Translations under genes and position numbers: made by a program
Notes under the pieces: generated by a model
What the model was told of the DNA's origin: nothing
Databases searched by the model: none
The model's input: the letters and a program-made list of their open reading frames with translations, nothing else
Source of the DNA: a bacterium
GTDB lineage: Bacteria; J088; JAWLBW01
Reading direction: 5' to 3'
Length of the DNA stretch: 64,000 bases
Assembly: GCA_041690355.1 (NCBI GenBank)
Contig: JAWLHK010000008.1
Span: 133,374-197,373 of the forward strand
Shown: positions 39,591 through 49,303 of the stretch, in pieces
Layout of the letters: each line of letters begins with the position of its first letter
Position numbering within the stretch: the stretch's first letter is position 1

Positions 39591-39774
39591 GCGATCGCGG
39601 TGCTCTCCGGGGCTGGGGTGCGCACTGCGGGCCCGGGCCGGAGGGGGGGAGTGGGGGAGGGGGAGAGTGGGGGAGAAGCAAGAACGCAACAAGAACGCAA
39701 CACCCCCGCAGGAACGCCACCCACCTCATTTCGTCCCGGGCCACGAGCGCGCACCTCTCCCCGAGCGCGAAGCA

Positions 39775-39824
39775 CCGACCCCAGCGGGGTCGCAGCGCTG
39801 AGCCGCGGCGGCAGCCCCGGGTAA
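39775..39824. repeat. REP-like repeat (copies at ~25714 and, inverted, ~45023-45070)
   Basis: cgacccc(a/g)gcggggtcgca-N4-tgagccgcggcggcagcc. Confidence 0.75.
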
Positions 39825-39874
39825 GGATGGTGTGGTTCCCAGCGCCCAGCGACCAGCGCCCCGCGACCGCGCCG

Positions 39875-40960
39875 TCAGGCGCGCGCCGCCGCCGTGGGAT
39901 AGAGCACGCCCTCGTTCACTTCGCGGATCGAGTGCGTCGGCCGGAGGCCCGGCGCGATCGGGCTGTGGATCAGCTCGGAGCTCGAGAAGTGCTGCACGAA
40001 GCGCGGATCGGGCGCATACGGATCCGCCAGCAGCTTCTCCTTGACCATCGAGTTGTACTGGTCGAGGGAACCCTCGAGCGTGTTCGCGTTCATGATCACC
40101 TCGTGGCCGGTCGCCTGCGCATAGGCCGCCAGGCCGGGGATGCGGCTCGCCTCGGGGGAATAGGCGTCCATGCAGACGCCGTTTTCACTCACGGTGTAGC
40201 AGCCGCTCTCGGGCGCGCGGAACAGGAGCGACATGTTCCCCCAGGTGTGGCCGGGGGTGAAGATCAGCGCGCAGCCGTCTCCCAGCTGCACGTCGCCGTC
40301 GAGCAGGACGAGATTGTCGGTGCGCACCCCTTTGCCGGCATCGGGAACGAACCACGGCTGCTGCAGCGGATGCTGGTGCAGCGACGATTCGTAATCCGCG
40401 CGCTGCACGAGGAATTTCGCGTTCGGGTAGAGGGGCGGATTTTCATCGGTGCCCAGAAACGGCCGCATGTCCTGCACGTGCTGGTGATCGAAGGCGACGT
40501 AGTCGACGTCTTCGGGGCGCACGCCGATGCGGCGCAGCTGCTCGGGAAGCGGCGGCGATTCGAGCAGCAGGTTGCGGATGGTGTCCGAGAAGGGGAGTTT
40601 TCCGGCCAGGTTCGCGAAGAACGGTGCGGCGGCCGACCGGTCGGGGATCGTCGGATTGAAGAGCAGCAGCTTCGGCACGCCGTTCTGGTAGAACTGCACG
40701 AGCATGGCGCGGTTCTGGAAGAGCAGGAACGGGTAGCGCAGCTTCGACGCCCGGTTGAACGCGAAGGTCACCGGGTAGGGCGCGATGGAGGTGGGGAGCG
40801 TGCGCACGGCGAGCGCCGGCCGCCCCTTCACGAATTCCGCCTTGAACCGGGGAGCGATCTCGCGCACCCGGGCCAGACGCTGGGCGGCGTTGGTCGGGAG
40901 GTGGCACTCCTTCCAGATCTCCAGCGGGGTCAACCCGGCGTCCTGCGGCGATATCGGCAT
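39875..40960 (-). CDS. Metallo-beta-lactamase-fold protein with atypical motif
   Basis: GVRPEDVDYVAFDHQHVQD and TPGHTWGN. GGAG RBS before ATG 40960. Confidence 0.75.
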   Translation of the reverse strand: MPISPQDAGLTPLEIWKECHLPTNAAQRLARVREIAPRFKAEFVKGRPALAVRTLPTSIAPYPVTFAFNRASKLRYPFLLFQNRAMLVQFYQNGVPKLLLFNPTIPDRSAAAPFFANLAGKLPFSDTIRNLLLESPPLPEQLRRIGVRPEDVDYVAFDHQHVQDMRPFLGTDENPPLYPNAKFLVQRADYESSLHQHPLQQPWFVPDAGKGVRTDNLVLLDGDVQLGDGCALIFTPGHTWGNMSLLFRAPESGCYTVSENGVCMDAYSPEASRIPGLAAYAQATGHEVIMNANTLEGSLDQYNSMVKEKLLADPYAPDPRFVQHFSSSELIHSPIAPGLRPTHSIREVNEGVLYPTAAARA

Positions 40961-41112
40961 CCTGCGTCTCCTGCGGATCGGAAACCCACATTGTAACGCG
41001 TTCCGGCAGGGCCCGCAGGCAGCGGCCCGCGGCAATGCCCGATGGTCTAGGGCCCATGACCGCATCCAGGCACGAGCAAGTCGAGGTGGATTCGTCTTCC
41101 GCTCCCCCCGGC

Positions 41113-41150
41113 AAACGAAAGCCCCGCCTTCCGTGCGGAAAGCGGGGCTT
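41113..41150 (-). terminator. Rho-independent terminator
   Basis: Minus-strand hairpin aagccccgctttcc-gcac-ggaaggcggggctt followed by tcgttt, ~20 bp after the stop at 41171. Confidence 0.75.
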
Positions 41151-41170
41151 GATTGGTTCATGGCGATGGT

Positions 41171-44100
41171 TCAGGGCGCGGCGAACACCTCGGCCGAAGG
41201 CACACTCTCCAGGCCCTCACTGTCGACGGTCGTCACCACGAAGTAGTAACGGGTACCGTTGGTCAGGCCGGTGATGTCGCCGCCACTGGTGGCGCCGGCG
41301 ACCTTCGTACCGTTGAGCCGATGGACTTCCGGCGAGGTGGACCAGTAGACGTTGTACGAGACCGCGCCGGTTGAAGCCGTCCAGCTGACTGCCACGGCGC
41401 CGGCCCCGCCGCCGCCCGTCGCGAGCACATCGGTCGGGGCCGCGATGGCCAGCTGGGGAGCCACGCCGATCTGCACGGCGGTCGCCCCGTACCAGCCGAA
41501 GTTATCGGCGTCGCCGTTGGTGCCCGGGGTGTGGGTCAGCTGACCGAAATCATTGTTCCCCCACATCCAGAAGGTGCCGTTCGGCAGGAGGGCGCCCGTC
41601 ACGTGGTCACCGGCAATGATCTCGGCGACATCGCTGACCGCCGCAATCGCCACCGGCGTGGTCTGGTTCGTGGTGGTGCCGTCACCCAGCTGGGCATAGC
41701 CATTTCCACCCCATGCCCAGGCCGTGCCATCACTCCGCATCGCGAAGGCGCTGGTGAAGCCGATGGCGATCTCGTCGATACCGGTCAGGCCGCTGACCTG
41801 CACGGGCGAGGTGGATTCAGCGTCGGTGCCGTTGCCCAGCTGACCGTCGAAGTCGTCACCCCACGCCCAGACCGTGCCGTCACCCTTGAGCGCCAGCGTG
41901 AAGCTGGGCGCGACCTTCACGGCCACGACATCGCTCAGGGCCGTGACCTGGACCGGCGCAGACTTGCTGTCCCAGTTGCCGATCCCCAGCTGGCCGGCCC
42001 CGTTGTCGCCCCAGGCCCAGAGCGTGCCGTCGCTCTTGATGGCAAAGGCGCGCAGATCGCCCGCGGCAATGGCAACGACACCGGTCAGCGTGCTCACCTG
42101 CGCCGGCGCATAGTGCGGCGTGGTCGAACCATCGCCCAGCTGACCGGCGAAGTTCTCGCCCCAACTCCAGACGGTGCCGTCGCTCTTCAGGGCCAGGCTG
42201 AAGTCGGCGCCGGCCGCGATGGCGACCACGTTGCTGATCCCGGCCACCTGCTGCGGCGTGGCGTTGTAGGCTTCAGGTCCCATGAAGCCGCCGTCATAGG
42301 TGGGGTCGCTGCTGCTCGCCCCGTCGTAGCCCAGCGCGCCGTAGTGGCTGCGACCCCACGCCCAGACCGTGCCATCGCTTTTCAGGGCAATGGTGTGGAC
42401 GGGGCCCGTCTCCACGGCCGTCACGGCACTGAGGCCGCTGATGGCGGCCGGGGTGATGTTGTAGCAGCCCGTGAACTCGATACACACGTCTCCGGCCGTC
42501 CCGGAGGCATGCCCCATGGTGCCGTAGGTGTTCTCGCTCCAGGCCGTCACCGTGCCGTCGGCTTTCAGCGCGACGATGTTACGCCCCTCGGCAGACAGCG
42601 CCACCACGGGCGAAGCCAGGGTGTAGGTCTCGGTCTGCACCGCCGAGGGATTGCCCAGGTTGTCGACGGCCAGGAACTTGATGGTCACGGCTGCAGTGAT
42701 GGAGATGGGTTCGGCATAGACGGTCGACCCTGTATCGGGCGTGCTGCCGTTCAGCGTGTAGTAGATAGCCGCGCAGCCCGATCCGCTGTCGCTGCATTCG
42801 AGCGTTACATTGGTGCCGCTGACCACGCTGGAGCCGCCCGGCGTCGCAGAGACCGTGGGCGCGTCCGTATCGATCTGATAGATGACGGTCCGGACCGATT
42901 CCTGATTGCCGGCCACATCCACCGCGAAGAACTTCAAGGTGGTGTCGACCGAGACGTCAATGGCGCCGCCGTAGACGTTGGAGCCGGTGGTCGGGGTGCC
43001 GCCGTCGGTGGTGTAGTAAATCGCTTTGCAGCCTGAGCCGGAGCCGTCGTCACAGCTGAGCGTCACGCTCTGGGCCGAGGTGTATGCGCCGCCGGCCACC
43101 GATGCGCTGGAACTCGGTGCAGCGCTGTCGAACCGGTAGACGGCCGTCTGCACCGACTCTTCGTTGCCGGCTGCGTCCACCGAGAAAAACTTCAGGGTGG
43201 TGTCGGCCGAGACGGCGATGGGTTCGGCGTAGACATCGGAGTCGGTTGTCGGTGTGCTGCCGTCGATGGTGTAGTAGGTCGCGGCGCAGCCCGAACCCTC
43301 TCCATCATCACAGGTGAGCGTCACGCTCTGCACACCGCTGTACCAGCCGCCTGCCACCGAAGCGCTCGTCTGGGGAGCGTCGGTGTCGTCCGCGGCACTC
43401 TCCGACACGCAGGTGACCACGATGTCGGAGACATTGGCGTCAGCGGTGCCGCTGCCGTTTACGACGGAACAGATCTGACCGTCGGGCTGGGTGGCGGCGG
43501 TGACCTCGTAGGGTTTCCCCGCAGCCACGGGCTCGGAAAAGACGAAGACGCCATCCTCGGTGACGGTCTTGTCGTCGCCGCCGTTGTTCTGGAGCACCAC
43601 CGTGCCACTCAAGCCTTGCACCTGGCCACCGATCGCGTGACTCCCGGTCGGTGGACACACGCCTGCAACGTGGACAAGCTTGCGAATCTTATTGTTGTTC
43701 TGGTCCGAAACGTAGAGGACGACGCCATCGGAACCGCCGCCCACCGCGGCGATTCCATAGGGCCCATAGAATTGCGCCTGTGTTGCCGTACCGTCCGCGA
43801 ACCCTTCGCCGCTGCCGGCCAGGGTGGTCACCGTGCCGGTGGCAATCTCGACCTTGCGTATCGAGCCGCCTTGGAAATCGGCCACATACAGGTGCGCGCC
43901 ATCGATTGCGATTCCCGCCGGGCTATTGAAGCTCGTTGCCAGGGTGGTCACTTCTCCCGTGGCGATGACGATTTTGCGGATGCTGTTCAGGTTGGTCACA
44001 TACAGATGGCTCCCGTCGGTGACGATGCCGTCTGGGGCGTGGAACTGTGCCGCCGCACCCACGCCATCGGCATCACCAACCGCGATGGAACCAGCCAGGA

Positions 44101-44680
44101 CGGTGGATTCGCCGGTTGCGATATCCACTTTCGTGATTCTGTTCGCCGCCAGCTCTGCAACATACAGATGCGAGCCGACAACAGCGATGCCACCCAGCTG
44201 GGACCACTCACCCGTATCGTTAACGGCTACGGTGGTGACCTCACCGGTCGCAATCACCACCTTGCGAATTGCACCCGGCTCCGTGACATAAAGATTGTCG
44301 CCATCGACCGTCAGCCCATGCGCCTCATTGAAGGAAGCGTCCCTGCCGAATCCGTCGACTCTGGCGAAAACTCCGGAACCGGCGAGTGTCGTCACCTCGC
44401 CCGTGGCCATGGTGATCTTCCGGACGTAATGGTGATCAATCACATACAAGTGAGCATCATCGCGCCCCATATGGCTCAGATGAGTGAACTGCGCCAGGGT
44501 ACTCGTTCCGTCGGCGTAGCCTGACGTGGAGCCGGCGAGGGTTGTCACCTGCGTGCCGCCACAGGCGTCGTCGTCAACAGGGAGGGGGATTGTAGAGGGG
44601 GGGACACAGTTCATTGCCGTAAGCAGCGGGGAAAGCAGCAAGAGCAGCGCTATTTTCCAAAAGTGGGTTCCTGTGTTCAT
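41171..44680 (-). CDS. Large modular surface protein: NHL repeats, three chitobiase-C/Fn3-associated domains, RCC1 repeats, C-terminal Fn3
   Basis: GAGGAGG RBS and signal peptide with Cys. VTTLAGS...DG...AQF (NHL), three YYTxDG/NGxTP units, ALKSDGTVWAWG...GQLG (RCC1) and TGLTNGTRYYFVVT (Fn3). Confidence 0.88.
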   Translation of the reverse strand: MNTGTHFWKIALLLLLSPLLTAMNCVPPSTIPLPVDDDACGGTQVTTLAGSTSGYADGTSTLAQFTHLSHMGRDDAHLYVIDHHYVRKITMATGEVTTLAGSGVFARVDGFGRDASFNEAHGLTVDGDNLYVTEPGAIRKVVIATGEVTTVAVNDTGEWSQLGGIAVVGSHLYVAELAANRITKVDIATGESTVLAGSIAVGDADGVGAAAQFHAPDGIVTDGSHLYVTNLNSIRKIVIATGEVTTLATSFNSPAGIAIDGAHLYVADFQGGSIRKVEIATGTVTTLAGSGEGFADGTATQAQFYGPYGIAAVGGGSDGVVLYVSDQNNNKIRKLVHVAGVCPPTGSHAIGGQVQGLSGTVVLQNNGGDDKTVTEDGVFVFSEPVAAGKPYEVTAATQPDGQICSVVNGSGTADANVSDIVVTCVSESAADDTDAPQTSASVAGGWYSGVQSVTLTCDDGEGSGCAATYYTIDGSTPTTDSDVYAEPIAVSADTTLKFFSVDAAGNEESVQTAVYRFDSAAPSSSASVAGGAYTSAQSVTLSCDDGSGSGCKAIYYTTDGGTPTTGSNVYGGAIDVSVDTTLKFFAVDVAGNQESVRTVIYQIDTDAPTVSATPGGSSVVSGTNVTLECSDSGSGCAAIYYTLNGSTPDTGSTVYAEPISITAAVTIKFLAVDNLGNPSAVQTETYTLASPVVALSAEGRNIVALKADGTVTAWSENTYGTMGHASGTAGDVCIEFTGCYNITPAAISGLSAVTAVETGPVHTIALKSDGTVWAWGRSHYGALGYDGASSSDPTYDGGFMGPEAYNATPQQVAGISNVVAIAAGADFSLALKSDGTVWSWGENFAGQLGDGSTTPHYAPAQVSTLTGVVAIAAGDLRAFAIKSDGTLWAWGDNGAGQLGIGNWDSKSAPVQVTALSDVVAVKVAPSFTLALKGDGTVWAWGDDFDGQLGNGTDAESTSPVQVSGLTGIDEIAIGFTSAFAMRSDGTAWAWGGNGYAQLGDGTTTNQTTPVAIAAVSDVAEIIAGDHVTGALLPNGTFWMWGNNDFGQLTHTPGTNGDADNFGWYGATAVQIGVAPQLAIAAPTDVLATGGGGAGAVAVSWTASTGAVSYNVYWSTSPEVHRLNGTKVAGATSGGDITGLTNGTRYYFVVTTVDSEGLESVPSAEVFAAP

Positions 44681-45135
44681 TTGGATTGATCCTCCTCGCA
44701 AGCCATGCGTGCGCTTGTTCACAACGGGCTCGTGGTCTGTGGTTTCGTCGGTATGGTTGTTGTTCGCGGCACGGTCACCTGAGCGGACGGCCTGTCCTGC
44801 CGCTACATGGTGGGAGCTTTACAATACAGGAATACGTGCCGGCATGCAGTAAGGATTTCATTACAAGGTGGGTGGGGAATCCGCGGATGGGCAAATCCGC
44901 AAATTTGCAGTTGTGCAGAGGGCTGAACGAGTGGCGATCCTGTCCGAGAGGAATTGCGAAGGTCAGCCCGGGCGCGCCGGTTCCGGCGCCCCCGGGCCTG
45001 GGGAACGCGTGCGCTTCCACCGTTACCGCGGCTGCCGCCGCGGCTCAAAAATGCGACCCCGCCGGGGTCGTGGAGCACGGCGGGGTGGAGGGTCCTTGCT
45101 TAACCGATGTCCGACGTCAGGCGTCCGACGTCCGA

Positions 45136-45918
45136 TCAGGCGTCCCGCTTGCGCTTCCACTGCGCAATGCGGTCAATAACCCGCCCCGTGATCGCCGGGA
45201 AGGCGGCGTTCACCTTGTGCAGCAGGCGTGATTGCGCATCCACCAGGATCAGAAACCGGTCGCGTGCCTCGAGGCTCTCGACCACCTGCGCCACGACCTG
45301 TTCCTTCGGCGCGAAGGGGAAGATATCGTAGAGCACCGGCCGCTGGGGAAGGTTCTGCACCATCGGCGTGTCGATGGCCGGCGGACTTACAATCGAAAGC
45401 GCCACGCCGCGCCGCCGCAGGTCGTGCACGACTGCTTCACAGAAGCCGACGACGGCAAACTTCGAGGCGCAGTAGGCGGCGAATTCCGGAAGTCCCTTGA
45501 GCCCCGCAATGCTCGCCATGCAGACGACGCGCCCGCCCGGGGCCATGCGCCGCGCGCCGTGCAGCACGAGGTGCACCGTGCCGTGGTAGTTCACGTCCAT
45601 GACCTGCCGGCACGATTCCGCCGTCACGTCTTCGAGGTCGCCGCACTGCAGAATGCCCGCGGCGTGGAAGATGAGATCCGGAAAATCCCCTTCCCCTTCC
45701 CAACGGTCGAAGGCCGCGCGCACCGCCGCTTCGGCGGTGATGTCGGCGGCCAACGGTTCTGCCCGCGTCGCGGCACAGGCCTCGGCGGTGGCCGCGAGAC
45801 CCGCCGCATTCCGATCCCACAGGGTGAGGCGCGCGGTTCGCGGCGCGAGCGCTTCGGCCACGGCCTGCCCGATGCCCGAGGCCGCGCCGGTGACGACGAT
45901 GTGGCGATACTGCTTCAC
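45136..45918 (-). CDS. Short-chain dehydrogenase/reductase
   Basis: TGAASGIG and YCASK. GTGA overlap with the YceI gene. Confidence 0.88.
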   Translation of the reverse strand: MKQYRHIVVTGAASGIGQAVAEALAPRTARLTLWDRNAAGLAATAEACAATRAEPLAADITAEAAVRAAFDRWEGEGDFPDLIFHAAGILQCGDLEDVTAESCRQVMDVNYHGTVHLVLHGARRMAPGGRVVCMASIAGLKGLPEFAAYCASKFAVVGFCEAVVHDLRRRGVALSIVSPPAIDTPMVQNLPQRPVLYDIFPFAPKEQVVAQVVESLEARDRFLILVDAQSRLLHKVNAAFPAITGRVIDRIAQWKRKRDA

Positions 45919-46520
45919 GGATTGCCGGCGGGCGCCGGCGTCGATGCTTGGACGGGCTGCGGCGCGCCGGCGGGGGTCATCACGAGCGTGCCGCTGATGT
46001 CGACGTTGTCGTCGATGGTCTTGAAGAAGAGGCTCGGGCGCTCAATCTGGTGCTCCGACAGCAGGACCGTGAACGCGAACGCCCCCTCGATCTGCCGCTC
46101 GCTTACCTTGAGCGTGACCGGGATCTGATAGTTCCGCTTGACCCCCGCGAACGTGAGCTGCGCGTCGAGGGTCGTCGTACAGGTTCCCTCCACGGGAGCG
46201 CAGACGGGCCCCGTCCCCTTCAGTTCCACCAGCGGATGCGCTGCCGCCTTGATCGCGTCGCGCGCGTTGCCGTCGCGATTCTTGTTCCCCGAGTCGAATG
46301 AATCGCTGGCCACGCGCGCTTGAATGGCGATGCGGCCGTCGGCCACGCGCGCGCGCGCCTCGATGCGTTCACTCGTCCCTTTCACGTCGTGCAGCGAGAA
46401 GTGCACGTGATAGCCGACCTTCGATCCGGCCGTCGACTGCCACATCCCGTCGGGCAGGGCGGGTTCGGGGGCGGCGACGGCGAGGGCCGCGAACGCGGTC
46501 AGAACGAGCGAAAGACTCAT
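45915..46520 (-). CDS. YceI-family lipid/polyisoprenoid-binding protein
   Basis: Signal peptide, FDSGNKNRD and LTFAGVKR. Confidence 0.85.
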   Translation of the reverse strand: MSLSLVLTAFAALAVAAPEPALPDGMWQSTAGSKVGYHVHFSLHDVKGTSERIEARARVADGRIAIQARVASDSFDSGNKNRDGNARDAIKAAAHPLVELKGTGPVCAPVEGTCTTTLDAQLTFAGVKRNYQIPVTLKVSERQIEGAFAFTVLLSEHQIERPSLFFKTIDDNVDISGTLVMTPAGAPQPVQASTPAPAGNP

Positions 46521-46524
46521 GACA

Positions 46525-47157
46525 TCACCAGACGTAGACGGTGGCGGCGAAGGCGAGCAGCCCCAGGGTCGACCAGCCGGCGATCTGGTGCGCGTCGCCC
46601 AGCGCCTGCAGGCCGTTGATGTCGCCGCTCTGCACCTTGTTCGCCATCGCGAGGCCGAGGCCTGCCTGGGTCAGCATGCCGATGGTGGCCAGGCTCACGC
46701 CTAGTTTGTGCAGCGAGACGGCGTCGAAGCCGCCGCTGCGCTCGCTCGATTCCGGCGCCGACAGTGCCAGGGCGCCGGTGGCCGTAAAGCCGATGACGCT
46801 GCCGTAGACGAGCGCCTTGTGCGCAAGGCGGTAATCGCCGGTGCCGGGCGCATTCGGCTCGTAGAGGTCGTTGTAGTTGAGCTGCCCGACGATGGTCGTG
46901 CCCGCGAGCAGCCCGAGCGTCGTGAGCCCCAGCCCCTGGTGCCACTTGAACATGGCCTTGCGCGTGTCGGCGCGTCCCTGCAGGGCGGGGTCCGGCGTGG
47001 CGGCGGGAACGGCCGCGGCGCGATCGGCGAAGAAGTCGAAGTCGTCGGTCACCGGCGCGGCCTGCGCGGCTGCGGTGGCCGGCTGCGGAGTTTCTTCGGC
47101 GCCGGCGGCATGGGGTACCAGCACGGCGAGCAGGAAAAGGGGAATCGCGAAACGCAT
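46525..47157 (-). CDS. Signal peptide + four-TM protein with one His per helix (cytochrome b561-like?)
   Basis: WHQGLG, AHKALV, LHKLGV and AHQIAG each open a hydrophobic helix. Confidence 0.65.
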   Translation of the reverse strand: MRFAIPLFLLAVLVPHAAGAEETPQPATAAAQAAPVTDDFDFFADRAAAVPAATPDPALQGRADTRKAMFKWHQGLGLTTLGLLAGTTIVGQLNYNDLYEPNAPGTGDYRLAHKALVYGSVIGFTATGALALSAPESSERSGGFDAVSLHKLGVSLATIGMLTQAGLGLAMANKVQSGDINGLQALGDAHQIAGWSTLGLLAFAATVYVW

Positions 47158-47267
47158 GTCCAGATCGCTCCCGGTTTCAGGTGCAGGGGGAAAATGGAAA
47201 ACTTCCCCGACAGCTTACCCCACGGAGCCGATTCCTTCCACGCTTCCCCCCCCGGCACGCGGCCCGG

Positions 47268-49040
47268 TCAGCGCAGGTAGATTTCTTCGGGAAAATCTTC
47301 GGGAAACAGGTTGACCATCTCGCGGCGCACGAAGCGATCGATGTCGCTGGCCGTGCGCAGGGCGAGAATGGACTGGACCATCCACTCGGCGCGGCTGAAA
47401 TCAATCTTGCGCGTGATGCGCTTCATGCGCGGAATCGAGCGCGCATTCATCGACAGCTCGTCGAACTTGAGTCCGAGCAGGACGAGGATGTAGATCTCTT
47501 CGCCCGCCATCTCGCCGCAGATGCTGACCGGAATGCCGACTTCGTGCGCGATGTCGGTCACGCGCTTGAGCATGCGCAGCAGGGCGGGGTGGAGCGGCTC
47601 GTAGAGATACGCCACGTGCTCGTCAGACCGGTCGACGGCCAGCGTGTACTGGATGAGATCGTTCGTGCCCACCGAGAAGAAATCGGCCTCGCGGGCGAGC
47701 ACGTCGGCCATCATGCAGGCGGCCGGCGTCTCGATCATGACGCCGACGGGCACGTGCATGTCGACGGCATGCCCCTCGCGCTCGAGGTTCTGCTGCTCTT
47801 CCTCGATGATCCGCCGCGCATCGACCAGCTCGGTCACCGAGGTGATGAGCGGAAGCAGAATCTTCAGCTTGCCGTAGGCGCTCGCGCGGAGCATGCCGCG
47901 GATCTGCGTGCGGAAGATGTCGGGATAGCGCTTGTAGAGGCGCACCGCGCGCAGCCCCATGGCGGGATTCGCACCGCGCTCGATGGGCACGCTGAGGGCG
48001 ATCTTGTCGCCGCCGATGTCGCAGGTGCGAATCGTGCACGGCAGCGGGTGCATCGACTCCAGCACGCGCCGGTAGTTTTCGAAGTGTTCGTCTTCGCTCG
48101 GCAGATCGAGCCGGTTCAGATACAGAAATTCCGTCCGGTACAGCCCGGTCCCCTCGGCTCCCATCTCGATGGTCGAGGGAATTTCTTCGGAGAGCTCGAG
48201 GTTCGCGAGCAGGCGCACGCGGTGGCCGTCGCGCGTCTCGGCCGGCAGGTTGCGGTAGACGGCCAGCTGGCGCTCGCTGAACTCGTAGCGCTCGCGGCGT
48301 TCCTGGTAGAGCGCGAACTCGTCGGCGTGCGGGTGGATGATGATCGTGCCCGTCAGCCCGTCGACGATGACCGGATCGCCCGTGCTGACGTGATCGAGCA
48401 GTTCTTCGGCGCCCACGACCGCGGGCAGCCCGAGCGAACGCGCGAGAATGGCCGTGTGGCTCGTGCGCCCGCCGATTTCGGTCGCGAAGGCGGCCACGTG
48501 GTACTTGGGCAGCAGGCTGGTATCGGCCGGGCTCAGATCATGCGCGATGACGACGGCGTTCTCCGGAAGTCCGCTCAGAAACGGCTCGTCCTCTTCGGGC
48601 TTGAAGTTGCGGAAAATGCGGTCGACGACGAAGTCGACGTCGCTCTTGCGCTCGCGGATGTAGGCGTCTTCGATGCGGTTGAAGAGGGCGCGGATCTCTT
48701 CGAGCTTGTGGTGCAGGGCCCACTCGGCGTTGATCAGCTCGCGCTCGATGATCTGCTCGGTCCCCTTGGTGAGCATCTCATCCTGCAGCAGCATGCGGTG
48801 CGTGTCGACGATGAGCACGTGGTCGCCCGTCTCGCCGCCCAGCTTGCGGCGCACGTCTTCGAGCTGCTCGCGGCTGATGGCCACGGCGCGGCGGAAGCGC
48901 TCCCGCTCGGCCTCGATCTCTTCGGGCGCGATGCGGCGCTGGGGGACGGCCAGATCGGTGCGCCGGATGACATAGGCGTTGCCCGCCACCATCCCCGGCG
49001 ACACCGCGATCCCTTTGACCTTGAAGCGGACGTTCGTCAC
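47268..49040 (-). CDS. ptsI: PEP-protein phosphotransferase, Enzyme I
   Basis: GGRTSHTAILAR, GLYRTEF, FSVGTNDLIQY and ICGEMAG. Confidence 0.95.
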   Translation of the reverse strand: MTNVRFKVKGIAVSPGMVAGNAYVIRRTDLAVPQRRIAPEEIEAERERFRRAVAISREQLEDVRRKLGGETGDHVLIVDTHRMLLQDEMLTKGTEQIIERELINAEWALHHKLEEIRALFNRIEDAYIRERKSDVDFVVDRIFRNFKPEEDEPFLSGLPENAVVIAHDLSPADTSLLPKYHVAAFATEIGGRTSHTAILARSLGLPAVVGAEELLDHVSTGDPVIVDGLTGTIIIHPHADEFALYQERRERYEFSERQLAVYRNLPAETRDGHRVRLLANLELSEEIPSTIEMGAEGTGLYRTEFLYLNRLDLPSEDEHFENYRRVLESMHPLPCTIRTCDIGGDKIALSVPIERGANPAMGLRAVRLYKRYPDIFRTQIRGMLRASAYGKLKILLPLITSVTELVDARRIIEEEQQNLEREGHAVDMHVPVGVMIETPAACMMADVLAREADFFSVGTNDLIQYTLAVDRSDEHVAYLYEPLHPALLRMLKRVTDIAHEVGIPVSICGEMAGEEIYILVLLGLKFDELSMNARSIPRMKRITRKIDFSRAEWMVQSILALRTASDIDRFVRREMVNLFPEDFPEEIYLR

Positions 49041-49303
49041 TCTTCACCGAATTTGTTCGCGAACAACTGCTCGAGCGCCTGCATCGCCTGGGCCTCGTCG
49101 GGCCCCTCGACCTTGACGGCCACCTCGGTTCCGCAGGCGGCGGCGAGCGTGAGTACCCCCATGATGCTCTTCGCGTTGGCGCTCACCCCTTCGCGCGAGA
49201 GGGTGGCGTCGCTTTCGAAGCGATTCATGAGCTGCACGAGCTGGGCCGCCGCGCGCGCGTGTAGCCCCAGACGATTCTGAACCAGCAAGACCCGTTCAAT
49301 CAT
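49037..49303 (-). CDS. ptsH: Phosphocarrier HPr
   Basis: GLHARAA and NAKSIMGV. Confidence 0.93.
   Translation of the reverse strand: MIERVLLVQNRLGLHARAAAQLVQLMNRFESDATLSREGVSANAKSIMGVLTLAAACGTEVAVKVEGPDEAQAMQALEQLFANKFGEE

Noticed and set aside
44880-44970. c-di-GMP-I riboswitch (GGGCAAA...GCAAA)
   Set aside because: It lies on the wrong strand for the downstream gene and lacks a proper GAAA tetraloop/receptor arrangement. An Rfam scan would settle it.
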